Origin: an uncultured Chloroflexia bacterium
GTDB lineage: Bacteria > Chloroflexota > Anaerolineae > CG2-30-64-16
DNA length: 64,000 bases
NCBI GenBank assembly: GCA_963774265.1
Contig: CAVZDU010000003.1
Coordinates: 512,001-576,000 of the forward strand
Direction: 5' to 3'
Made by a program: the position numbers and the translations under genes. This document shows, one piece after another, positions 9,856 to 19,308 of this stretch (position 1 is the first letter of the stretch; every line of letters starts with the position of its first letter). The notes beneath the pieces are model-generated. The model saw only the letters and a program-made list of their open reading frames with translations, ran no database searches and was not told the origin of the DNA.

Positions 9856-10425
9856 CTACATCCCGCTTGGCATCACGATGCTTCCGTCGAATGAACCGGA
9901 GCTCACACCCGTGGCGTTGTTCGCCAGGCGTATCACGACGAAGTTGCCGGTTGCACCGGCGAACCGGCCCGTGCCGCCCATGATCCTATAGGCTTGGGTG
10001 ACCCGATTGAAGCCCGGTTTGTCCGGGACGCCAACACCTTGTCCAAGGCCGTACAGGCCGTCGCCATTGGCAGCAATGAAGTGAACCGAGTCGCCTTGCG
10101 AGCAGCCGCATGCCAGGTCGACCGTCGCCTTGAAAGTGGCGGTGTACTTGCCGAGCTGCGTGGCGTTTCCCGAGGCTTTGCCGTCCACGAACATGAGGGT
10201 GGCGTCCGGCGGGGCAACGGGGGCAAAAGTTGGGGTTTCGGACGAGTCCCAGCTGCCTTTAAAGGGCGTCGCCTTCGTAGTCGGGGCGGCTTGCGCCAGC
10301 CTTACCTCTGCGCCGGTCGGGGCGGCCTGTTGGGACCGCGCGAGCACGGGGGCGGCGAATCCAGCGGTCGTGATCGTCATGGCGACAACCGCAAGCAACG
10401 CAACGAACATCAGACGGGTCTTCAT
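9856..10425 (-). CDS. Secreted beta-rich protein (dirigent/allene-oxide-cyclase-like barrel motif)
   Basis: AAGGAG RBS before MKTRLMF signal peptide; AANGD and GGTGRFAGATG motifs. Confidence 0.7.
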   Translation of the reverse strand: MKTRLMFVALLAVVAMTITTAGFAAPVLARSQQAAPTGAEVRLAQAAPTTKATPFKGSWDSSETPTFAPVAPPDATLMFVDGKASGNATQLGKYTATFKATVDLACGCSQGDSVHFIAANGDGLYGLGQGVGVPDKPGFNRVTQAYRIMGGTGRFAGATGNFVVIRLANNATGVSSGSFDGSIVMPSGM

Positions 10426-10745
10426 TTTCTTGCTCCTTATGTGTAGGTTGAACAATCTGTTCTGGGTCTCCTTCCAGCGGCGGCGCCCATCACCGGCCCG
10501 GGTGACTGTCCAGGTTTCAGTGATGGTAACGGTGGCAGTGCGCCGGATTCTCTTGCCCATGCCAGTAGCTTACTCGATGGACGGGCTGACATGGAAGCAA
10601 ATTTACTACAAGAATGCTACAATGATGGCACTTTCAAAGACTGACTTGGGGAATTCGGATTCATCTGCTACAATATGCTGAGCAAGATGGCGCTCGGCAA
10701 TCCAATCTGTGCTTGCACTTGTGATATGGGCAAGGAAACGATCTG

Positions 10746-13446
10746 GTGAATGAACACTCCAGTGTCACGACAACGACCTTTGGCGATCTCCTGAAACGCT
10801 TGCGCAAACGCGCCGGCATGACGCAGGACGATCTGGCGGCAGCCATCGGCTACAGCCGCTCGCTGATCGGGGCATTGGAGCGCAACGACCGTCTGCCCGA
10901 CATCGAGGTGGTGATCCAGACCTATCTCCCCGCGTTGGGCTTGCAGGAAGAGCCGCTCCTGGCGGCCCAGCTTGTAGAGCTGGCTGCCCTGGCACGCGGC
11001 GAACGACCTCCGTCCTCCTTGACCTTCAAGCGTGAGCGCCACCCGGTGATCACGCAGGAAGGGGAAGAAGAGGCGCACTGTTTTCCCGTCCCACCGACAG
11101 AAATCCTTGGGCGCGACGAGGAGATCGACCACCTCTGCAATCGCCTGCTGGGGCACCACGGGCGCCTGTTGACCCTGGTCGGACCGCCGGGGGTGGGCAA
11201 GACGCGCCTGGCGCAGGCGGTGGGCGCACAGCTGCCAGACGTTCTACCGGGACGGCGCATGTTTCGTTCCTCTGGCGGCGGTGAGCGATCCGGCGCTGGT
11301 CGCTTCCGCCCTGGTGTCGGCATTGAAGCTGCAGGATGGCTCGAGCCAGGCCGCCGCAAACCCGCCTGATCGAGCATCTGCGCCGCAAAGAGATGCTGCT
11401 GGTGTTGGACAATTTCGAGCAGCTGATCGCCGCCCCCTCAGCCGGCGGTCGCGTTGGTGGCGGAATTGCTGGCCGAATGCCCGGGCCTGCGCATCCTCGT
11501 CACCAGCCGCGAACGGCTGCATCTGCGCGCCGAGCAACGCTATCGTGTCCAGCCGTTGGCGCTGGCGGCGGCGGTAGACTTGTTCGTCCAGCGGTGCACC
11601 GCCGTGGACGCCGAGTTCACCCTCACCGCAGCGAATCGCCCCACCATCGAAGCGATCTGCCAACAGGTGGACCGTCTGCCGTTGGCGCTCGAATTGTGTG
11701 CGGCGCAGATCGATCTCCTCTCGCCGCCCCAACTCCTGGCGCGGCCTGCAGAGATCGCCGGCTCGAGCTGCTGGTGGACGGCGCGCAGGATTTGCCCCCA
11801 CAGCAGCGCACGTTGCGCAACGCCATCGGGCATAGTTACGATCTTGCTGGATGAAGGGGAGCGCGCCCTCTTCCGCAGCCTGGGCGTCTTCGTGGGCGGG
11901 TGTGATCTGGAGGCGCTCGAAGCCGTCAGCGCCTGGGGCCAGAAAATGCCCGGACGCGCGCTGCTTGCGACCCTGCACTCGCTGATCGGCAAGAGCCTGG
12001 TGCGCGTCTGAAACGACTGCCGGACGGCGCGGGGCGCTACCTGCTGCTGGAGACCATCCGTGAGTTTGCGTTGGAGCAAGCGCGGGCAGAGGGCGAGGAA
12101 GATCTCGTTGCGCCAGCGTCACTATGCCGCCATCCTGCAGCTCTTCCGCACGGCGGATAGCTCGTCTGCGCGGGCCGGAGGCGACAGCCTGGCTGGCGCG
12201 CCTGGAACCCGAACAGGACAATCTGCGCGCCGCCTTGCAGTGGGCGCTTGGACGAAGGGCGCTATGCGGACATGGCGTGGCTGCTGCTTGCCGTCACGTG
12301 GTTCTGGTTCCACATCGGCCACTGGCATGAGTCGGGCAGGTGGATCGCGCAACTGCTGCCCCACCGAGAGGCGCTCGATGCCGACCTGCGCCTGGCGCTC
12401 TTGATCAACTTCTATGCCGTCGCGCGCGCGTCGGAAGAGTTCCAGCCGATCGATCGCTACACCGATGAGCTGCTGGGGTTATTGGAGGTCTGCCCGGACA
12501 AGCTCCTGCATGCGGCGGCCTGGCATTTTATCGCGGGTCTATTCTGCCGGATCTTGCCGAGGCCACCGCCGCGTGGGAGCGGTCGATCGCGTGCGCCCGC
12601 GCCGCCCGTGAAGCGCCGGGGCTGGGTCCCGAATTCGGCGTCGTCAGCGACCGCGACTTCGTGCTTGGCACATCATCTCTGGGCGTATGCGGATCGCCTG
12701 ATCGAGCACGGCGAGTTCGCGCGGGCCGCGCCGCTCCTCATGGAGAGCGCCAGACTCTTCCAGGCGCGGGGGAGCCGTTACGAAATGGCCGATAGCCTCG
12801 GCACGTTGGGACGCCTGGCGCTGCTGCAGGGCGATATGCCAAAGGCGCACGCGCTCCTGCACGAAGCAGTGACCCTCGCCAGGGACTTCAACTATCAGGA
12901 GATGCTGGGCAACTTGCAGCCACTCCTGGGGCTCGTCACCCTGTACGGCGGGGATGTTCCGGAGGCGCGCCGGCTGTTGGAGGACAGCCTGCGTCTCTGT
13001 CTCGATCTGAATGACAAGGTGCTTCCTGGCGCGGGTCTGCACCTATCTGGCAGAGACAGCGCTATGGGAAGGCGAGCTGGCTGAGGCCGAGCAATGGCTG
13101 GCGCAGAGCCTGGCCTATCACGCCGATCCGCGCCGGATCAGAATGGACCAGGTCGAGCGTCTCTTTGTGGCCGCCCGCCTGGCGACCGCGCAAGGCGCCT
13201 ATCTGCGCGCCGCCACGCTCTTCGGGTTGGCGGAAGGGGTCCGCAGCCAGCATCCATTATGAGCTGGCCGGGCCGGCGCGCCTGCTGGCCGATGCTGCGC
13301 TGGCGACGGTGCGCGCGGCGCTTGACCCTGCGCTCTTTGCCGAGGCGTTCACGGCGGGACAGCAGCTGTCGCTCGAAGAGGCGTTCGCCGCGATTCCAGC
13401 GTCAAGCCTCGTGTCGGGTGCGTCTCTCGCCTTGCCCCTACCGTGA
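10746..13446 (+). CDS. XRE-HTH + STAND (NB-ARC-like) NTPase + TPR transcriptional regulator, multiple frameshifts
   Basis: FGDLLKRLRKRAGMTQ..LA; GPPGVGKT; LLVLDNFE; LVTSRE; DRLPLALEL; LLETIRE; TPR-like helices. Confidence 0.85.
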
Positions 13447-13462
13447 CCCACGAAAAACAGGC

Positions 13463-15172
13463 TCAGCTTTCGGCGCGGTGCGTGGGCACCCAGAAGTGGA
13501 AGGTGGTCCCCTGGTCCAGCTCCGACTCGACCGTGATCTGGCCGCCGGTGCGTTCGACGATTTCTTTGACGATGGAGAGGCCGAGCCCCGTACCCATGCG
13601 CGAGAGAGCCTTGGCGTTGTCCGCGCGGAAAAACTCGGCGAAGAGGCGGGACATAGCCTCTTTGGGGATGCCGATACCTGTGTCGGCCACGCTCGCGACC
13701 AGGCGGCCATCTTGCTGCACCAGGGTAATGGTCACGCGGCCGCCGTCGCGATTGTACTTGATCGCATTGCTAACCAGGTTATTCCAGAGGCTCTTCATCT
13801 GGTCGGGGTTGGCGAGCACGGGCGGCAGGTCGGGTCCGATGTGTGTTTCAACCGTAATGCGACGCTCTCGCGCGCTGGCGGCAAGAAGCTCGAGTTGCTC
13901 CCCGAGCAATTGTTCGAGCTGCACCGGCTGCACCAGGCCGCGCGCGTCGGCCGATCCAATGCGCCCTAACTCCAGCAGGTCGGCGATGAGGGCTAATTGC
14001 TCCATCGCGCGGCGCTCCGCCTTCTCGAGTGTCTCGCGCACCTTGGTCTGTGGAACGTAGCCCTCGAGGATCAGCTTCAGAAAACTTTGGATCGCGGCAA
14101 CCGGCGCGCGGAGCTCGTGTGTGGTCAATAGGGTGAACTGGGCGCGCACATCCTCCAATTCGCGCAGCTTGCGGTTGGCCAGGGCCAGCTCCGCATTGAC
14201 GCGCTCAAGATCATCGCGGCGAGCACGACATTCGGCGTTAGCAGCACGCAGCAGATCGTTCAACTCGCCCATGTGGCTCGTACGCGCTTCCAGGCGATTG
14301 TAGGCGTCCTGCAGCTTGGCGTTCACCTCGGCCAGTTCTTCGCGGCTGGACTTACACTCGGCATTGGCCACGCGAAGCTTCTCATTGAGCTCGCTCATAT
14401 GGCTCGAACGAACCTGCAAACGCTCATGCGCGCTTTGCAGCTCAGCATAGGCCGCGTCGAGATGAGCGCGGCGATGGAGGAGCTCGACATTGGCCGTGCG
14501 CAATTGCTCGTTCAGGCTGCGCATCTCACCCGCGCGTTCTTCGACACGCTCTTGGTTTTCTTCCAGGTCACGAGCGCGCGCATGTAGCGCGCCGACCAAC
14601 AGGGTGGTCCCCTCGGCCGCAAGGAACGAGGTCACGACGACGGCCACGCACTGGGCTATGACATATGCGCTGCTGCTGGAAAGGGCCAGGCCCTCCGGAA
14701 AAACACCGTGATGCGGCAGCCAACCCAGCCGCTCGGCAACCAGAACCGCACTGTAGAGACCTGACGCGAGCGCAGCGGAGCCGAGCGCGGCCGCGTGCCC
14801 CGAGAGGACCGCCGCCACGATGATCGGAAACGCGTAGAGCGGATAGAAGGGATTTTCGGCGCCACCGGCGAAGTGGATGACGAGCGTCAGACCGATGATG
14901 TCGGCGAGCACCTGAATGGTGAAGATGCGCTGTTGTGTGGCGAGCGAAAGACCCACCGGCGATGCTGCGCGAAGATAGGCGAGAAAGACGAGATTCAGGG
15001 CTGCAAGCACAGCCAACGTCACGAGCAAGGGGACGAGAGCGATCTGCGCAGGCGCGCGGCCCACGACCAGGGCCAGCACCGCCGCCACCCCCAGGACGAC
15101 CACGCGCGCCACAGCCAACCAGCGGAGACGATCCCTGCGGCCCGGCTGACGATCATTCAGGTAAGTGGTCAT
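13463..15172 (-). CDS. Membrane sensor histidine kinase with long coiled coil
   Basis: About 6 TM helices, heptad region, THELRAP H-box, NLVSNAIKYN, DTGIG, GTGLGL. Confidence 0.95.
   Translation of the reverse strand: MTTYLNDRQPGRRDRLRWLAVARVVVLGVAAVLALVVGRAPAQIALVPLLVTLAVLAALNLVFLAYLRAASPVGLSLATQQRIFTIQVLADIIGLTLVIHFAGGAENPFYPLYAFPIIVAAVLSGHAAALGSAALASGLYSAVLVAERLGWLPHHGVFPEGLALSSSSAYVIAQCVAVVVTSFLAAEGTTLLVGALHARARDLEENQERVEERAGEMRSLNEQLRTANVELLHRRAHLDAAYAELQSAHERLQVRSSHMSELNEKLRVANAECKSSREELAEVNAKLQDAYNRLEARTSHMGELNDLLRAANAECRARRDDLERVNAELALANRKLRELEDVRAQFTLLTTHELRAPVAAIQSFLKLILEGYVPQTKVRETLEKAERRAMEQLALIADLLELGRIGSADARGLVQPVQLEQLLGEQLELLAASARERRITVETHIGPDLPPVLANPDQMKSLWNNLVSNAIKYNRDGGRVTITLVQQDGRLVASVADTGIGIPKEAMSRLFAEFFRADNAKALSRMGTGLGLSIVKEIVERTGGQITVESELDQGTTFHFWVPTHRAES
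14159..14536 (-). repeat. Three 42-aa coiled-coil repeats inside the kinase
   Basis: RAGEMRSLNEQLRTANVE.. / RSSHMSELNEKLRVANAEC.. / RTSHMGELNDLLRAANAEC.. Confidence 0.85.
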
Positions 15173-15188
15173 GGACGCTGGTCCGCCA

Positions 15189-15665
15189 TCAAGGCACGTC
15201 AAAATGCTCGCAGATGGCGGTGTAGGCCTCCTTCAGATCAGAGAGGGCGATGATGCAGTTCACCGTGGAAATGGATGTGCTAATCGCAAGGATGTTGATG
15301 CCGCGGCCAGCAAGCGCACGGAACATCCGGCCTGCGATGCCTGGGCGCTCGCGAAAGTCGGGGCCGAAGATGGCGATGGCAGCCACATCGGGCCGCGGAT
15401 GCACCGCGGCGGGCTGAAGCCCGGGTCGCAGACCCTCCAGGGCGGCGAGCGATGCTTGCAGGTCGCCACGGTCCACGCAAAGGACCATCTGATCGTTTTC
15501 CTCGTGGTCGATGACCTGGACGACAAACTGCACATTGAGGCCTCGTTGGCCAAGCGCGTCGAGCACCGCGGCTGCGATGCCGGGCCGATCCTTCATGGCC
15601 AACACCCCGATGCTCGCGAGTTGGTCGTTTTGGATTACGCCGCCTACTTTGATCTTTTCAGGCAT
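15189..15665 (-). CDS. Stand-alone tandem ACT protein (aspartokinase beta-subunit-like)
   Basis: DRPGIAAAVLDAL...NV and RPGIAGRMFRALAGRGINILAISTS; no kinase domain. Confidence 0.85.
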   Translation of the reverse strand: MPEKIKVGGVIQNDQLASIGVLAMKDRPGIAAAVLDALGQRGLNVQFVVQVIDHEENDQMVLCVDRGDLQASLAALEGLRPGLQPAAVHPRPDVAAIAIFGPDFRERPGIAGRMFRALAGRGINILAISTSISTVNCIIALSDLKEAYTAICEHFDVP

Positions 15666-15693
15666 TTCCCTCACTCCGCTATCTCTCATTTGT

Positions 15694-16074
15694 CTAGCCG
15701 ATCAAGCGATTGATCTGGCGCAGGAGTTCGGCCGGTGCGATGGGCTTGGTCAAAAACGCGTCGATGTGGATGCTTTCGTCGGTCGGAAAGAGCGCCAGGT
15801 AGTCCGTGTTGGCGATGGAGGTGACCATCACCACCGGGACGTGCTTCAAATCGGGATCATCCGCCATGCGCTGGCTCATGCTCAGACCATCAAGCACGCA
15901 GGACATGATCACGTCAAGCACGACCAGGTCCGGCTTCTCCCGCGTCAAAACAAGCATCCCCTGATCGCTGTTGCCGGCGCTGATCACACGGTAATCGCTG
16001 TTCTCAAGCACAGTGCGCGTGTATTCCACGAAGTCGGGGTCGTCATCGACGATCAGGATCTTGGCTTTGGGCAT
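15694..16074 (-). CDS. Single-domain response regulator (REC)
   Basis: IVDDD, LDVIM, VTS, TKP. Confidence 0.95.
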   Translation of the reverse strand: MPKAKILIVDDDPDFVEYTRTVLENSDYRVISAGNSDQGMLVLTREKPDLVVLDVIMSCVLDGLSMSQRMADDPDLKHVPVVMVTSIANTDYLALFPTDESIHIDAFLTKPIAPAELLRQINRLIG

Positions 16075-16092
16075 TGGGACCTCTCCTCCGTA

Positions 16093-17343
16093 TCACTGGG
16101 CGCGAATACGAGCTTCGAACTCACCGCGGAACCGCGAAAGACCCGACGTAACCGGTTCGCACATGCCGGTGCCCATGGGACAGAACGTCGCGCCGGAGAT
16201 GCCGTGGGTGAGCTCCTCCAGCCTGATCAGTTCCCTGGTCGTCCCGCGGCCAGAGGCAAGTAGCTCCAGCGAGTCAAGCAGGCGCCTGCCGCCGAGGCGA
16301 CAGGGCGTGCAGATGCCGCATGACTCGTGGACGAAGAAACTGGTGATGCGCCTGACCACCTCAACCATATCAGTGGTCTCATCCATCACGATCACCGCGC
16401 CGGTGCCCAACGCAGAGCCAGCCGCCTGCAGCGTCTCAAAGGCCATGGGCACGTCGAGGTGGTCGGGCGTGAGCATGGGGGTCGACGCGCCGCCGGGGAT
16501 GACCGCCTTGATGTTGCGGCCAAGGCGAACGCCACCCGCGTGCCCGTAGATCACCTCGCGCAGCGTCACCCCGAGCGGCAGCTCGTAGTTGCCCGGCCGG
16601 TTGACGTGACCGCTGACGCAGAAAATCTTGGGGCCCTTGCTCTGCTCGGTGCCGATGGAAGCGTACCACTGGCCGCCACGCAGGATGATATGGGGGATAT
16701 TGACAAGGGTCTCGACGTTCTGGACGAGCGTCGGCTGGCCCCACAGGCCAATCTGCGCGGGATACGGCGGCTTGAGCCGGGGCTCACCGCGCTTGCCTTC
16801 CAGCGACTCAATCATGGCGGTCTCTTCACCGCAGATGTACGCGCCAGCGCCGCGGTGGACCGAAACGTCCAGGTCGAAGCCGCTGCCCAGGATGTTCTTG
16901 CCCAGGAAGCCGTACTGATAGGCGTCGGCGATGGCCTTGATCCAACGCTTGACGCCCAGGAAGAACTCACCCCGGATGTACACGAAGGCCCGATGCGCGC
17001 CGATGGCATACGCGGCAATGATGACGCCTTCGAGGATCGAGTGCGGATCGCGTTCGACGATCAGGCGGTCCTTGAAGGTGCCCGGTTCGCCCTCATCGGT
17101 GTTGACCGCCAGGTACTTGATCGGCGCGTCCTTGGGGATGAAGCCCCACTTCACACCGGTGGGGAAACCGGCGCCGCCGCGCCCGCGCAACCCGGACAGC
17201 TTTACCTCAGCGATCACCTCCTCGGGCGACATCGCCAGCGCTTTGCGCAGGGCCTCATAGCCGCCGGACTGGAGATAGGTGGTGATCTTCTCGGAGTTGG
17301 GCCGGTTCACGTTGGCCAGCAGGATGGGCTCCCAGGTTGTCAT
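16093..17343 (-). CDS. nuoF: NuoF-like NADH/FMN-binding subunit (orphan)
   Basis: GLRGRGGAGFPTG, DEGEPGTFKDR, GAGAYICGEETA, ESCGICTPCR...FC (4Fe-4S). Confidence 0.9.
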   Translation of the reverse strand: MTTWEPILLANVNRPNSEKITTYLQSGGYEALRKALAMSPEEVIAEVKLSGLRGRGGAGFPTGVKWGFIPKDAPIKYLAVNTDEGEPGTFKDRLIVERDPHSILEGVIIAAYAIGAHRAFVYIRGEFFLGVKRWIKAIADAYQYGFLGKNILGSGFDLDVSVHRGAGAYICGEETAMIESLEGKRGEPRLKPPYPAQIGLWGQPTLVQNVETLVNIPHIILRGGQWYASIGTEQSKGPKIFCVSGHVNRPGNYELPLGVTLREVIYGHAGGVRLGRNIKAVIPGGASTPMLTPDHLDVPMAFETLQAAGSALGTGAVIVMDETTDMVEVVRRITSFFVHESCGICTPCRLGGRRLLDSLELLASGRGTTRELIRLEELTHGISGATFCPMGTGMCEPVTSGLSRFRGEFEARIRAQ

Positions 17344-17836
17344 ATCACACCTCCCCCATCAGCCGCTCGAGGATCATATCGATCGCTCGCCGGCGTCAGG
17401 TTTTCGTACAGCTGATCGTTGACGCGCATGGCCGGCGCGGTCCCGCATGAAGCCAGGCATTGGACCATTTCGAGGGTGAAGCGGCCGTCAGGCGAGGTCT
17501 CGCCGGGCGCAAGCCCGAGCTTGGCGCCAACATAGTCGGCGATGCGGTTCGGCGCCATCGCAGAGATAGCACGACAGGCCGTCGCACACCTGGATCACGT
17601 GGCGACCGATCGGCTCGGTGCGAAACAGCGTGTAGAAACTGGCAGTGCTATAGACGTCGCCGGGGCGGAGCCCCAATCGTTTCGCCACCCGTTCGATGGC
17701 TTCGGGAGTCAGATACCCTTTTTGTTCCTGCGCAATGTAGAGCGCGGCCAGCAGGATTGCTTGTTTGGCCAGGATCGATGACCGCGGAGCCAACGGGCTG
17801 GGCTTTGGGCGCCTCCCCGTGAACCTGTTGGTTCAT
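17340..17836 (-). CDS. nuoE: NuoE-like 2Fe-2S subunit, frameshifted
   Basis: AQEQKGYL, ASFYTLF, VCDGLSC and CLASCGTAP, NLTP in adjacent frames. Confidence 0.85.
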
Positions 17837-18270
17837 GCCGACTCCTCTTTCTCGGGCGATGCTTCGCCGCGTAGGATGCTTGCGACCTCAGCCAGCAGCT
17901 CGTCAGGGCTGATCGGCTTGGTCAGAAAGCGGTCAACCATGTTCTTTTCGTCAGGAGGAAGAAAGCGGTCTTCGTCTTCGCTGAGGACCGCGGAAATGAG
18001 GATCAGCGGCACATGGGCCAGGGACGGATCGGCGCGCACCGCACGGATTGCACCGACACCAGCCAACTCATAGGACATCATGGCATCGAGCAGAACCAGG
18101 TCGGGAGCGACCTCGCGCATCAGGGCGAGGCCGTCGCTCGCGTTGTCGGCCTCGTGAACCTGGTAGCCGTGGCTCTCTAGCACGATATGGACGAACTCAC
18201 GGAAATCCGGATCGTCGTCGATGATCACGACCCGGTAAGGGACGGAGTCCTGCGTTGTCGGCGATGACAC
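17833..18270 (-). CDS. Single-domain response regulator (REC)
   Basis: IIDDD, LDAMM, ISA, TKP. Confidence 0.92.
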   Translation of the reverse strand: MSSPTTQDSVPYRVVIIDDDPDFREFVHIVLESHGYQVHEADNASDGLALMREVAPDLVLLDAMMSYELAGVGAIRAVRADPSLAHVPLILISAVLSEDEDRFLPPDEKNMVDRFLTKPISPDELLAEVASILRGEASPEKEESA

Positions 18271-18291
18271 GAGAGCTTCTCCGGGGCTCGG

Positions 18292-18681
18292 CTACTTGAG
18301 CAGCTCGGCAACTTTGTCCAGCAGCACCTTCGGGTCGACAGGCTTAGACAGCCAGGCGTCCATGTGGGGCTGTTCCTCCATCGGGAAGACGTGCGCATAG
18401 GGCGTCTCCGCGATGGACGACACCATGATCACCGGCATGAAACGCGCGTCGGGATCCTGGGCCAGCTTTTCGCTGACATCAAGTCCGTCGAGGACAGAGG
18501 ACATCATGATGTCCAGGATCATCAGGTCCGGGCGCTCTGCCTTGACCTGCGAGAGGGCCTGGGTGCCGTTAGCGGCGGTCACGACCTCGTAATCGTTGGA
18601 CTCCAGGATGGTGCGCATGATTTCGACGAAGTCGGGGTCGTCGTCGACGACGAGGATTCTGGCAGATGACATGACAGGCAT
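18292..18681 (-). CDS. Single-domain response regulator (REC)
   Basis: VVDDD, LDIMM, VSS, SKP; alternative start at 18672. Confidence 0.95.
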   Translation of the reverse strand: MPVMSSARILVVDDDPDFVEIMRTILESNDYEVVTAANGTQALSQVKAERPDLMILDIMMSSVLDGLDVSEKLAQDPDARFMPVIMVSSIAETPYAHVFPMEEQPHMDAWLSKPVDPKVLLDKVAELLK

Positions 18682-18817
18682 ACTCCTTGCAGCAACGCGA
18701 GTAATGTGGGGCTCGACTGCGAACCCATGCGATAGTGTAGCACATTATGCGGCGGCTCACAAGGGTGATGCAATGATGAAGGTCATGGTAGAATGGACCT
18801 TCGAAGGAGAGGTCACC

Positions 18818-19246
18818 ATGGAGACGGAACTGCTGGCATTGCTTGACCGGCACCTGCGAAGCATCTGGGACGGAGACCTGGTCACGTACCGCGCGACGAC
18901 TGGGGAGGATGTCACCTTCTTCGAGTGGTACATCAGCACGCAGCGGATCGATGGGCTGGACTTTCACCTGCGAGAGACAGCGGCCAATTTCCGCGCGGTC
19001 GAGGATCGGCGCAGCAGCGGGGAGCGGTATGAGATCGAACATGAGGTGCTGCAGCCGAAGGTGCAGATCTATGGCGATGTGGCCATCATCACCTATACCC
19101 TGCTGATGCGCTATACGACTGCGGAGGGTGTGCGTCACACGGAGCACAACGAGACGCGTGTCTTCCAGCGCCGGGACAAGGGGTGGCAGTTGGTGCACTG
19201 CCATAAGTCGCCGATGTGGCCGGCGCCCCACGTGCCGAAGGGATGA
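18818..19246 (+). CDS. NTF2-like (SnoaL/DUF4440) protein
   Basis: RIDGLDFH, VQIYGDVAI..Y, ETRVF...WQLVHCHKS; AGGAGAGG RBS. Confidence 0.8.
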   Translation: METELLALLDRHLRSIWDGDLVTYRATTGEDVTFFEWYISTQRIDGLDFHLRETAANFRAVEDRRSSGERYEIEHEVLQPKVQIYGDVAIITYTLLMRYTTAEGVRHTEHNETRVFQRRDKGWQLVHCHKSPMWPAPHVPKG

Positions 19247-19308
19247 ACGGAAAGAAGGAAAAAGGAAGAGGAAAGATCGGAGTGAGATCGGTGGCAGGAG
19301 CTGGACGA

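Noticed and set aside
16093-17836. Complex I, Hox or bifurcating hydrogenase operon
   Set aside because: No nuoG/hoxU/hydA/fdh or membrane subunits adjacent; NuoF lacks the extra HydB Fe-S domains
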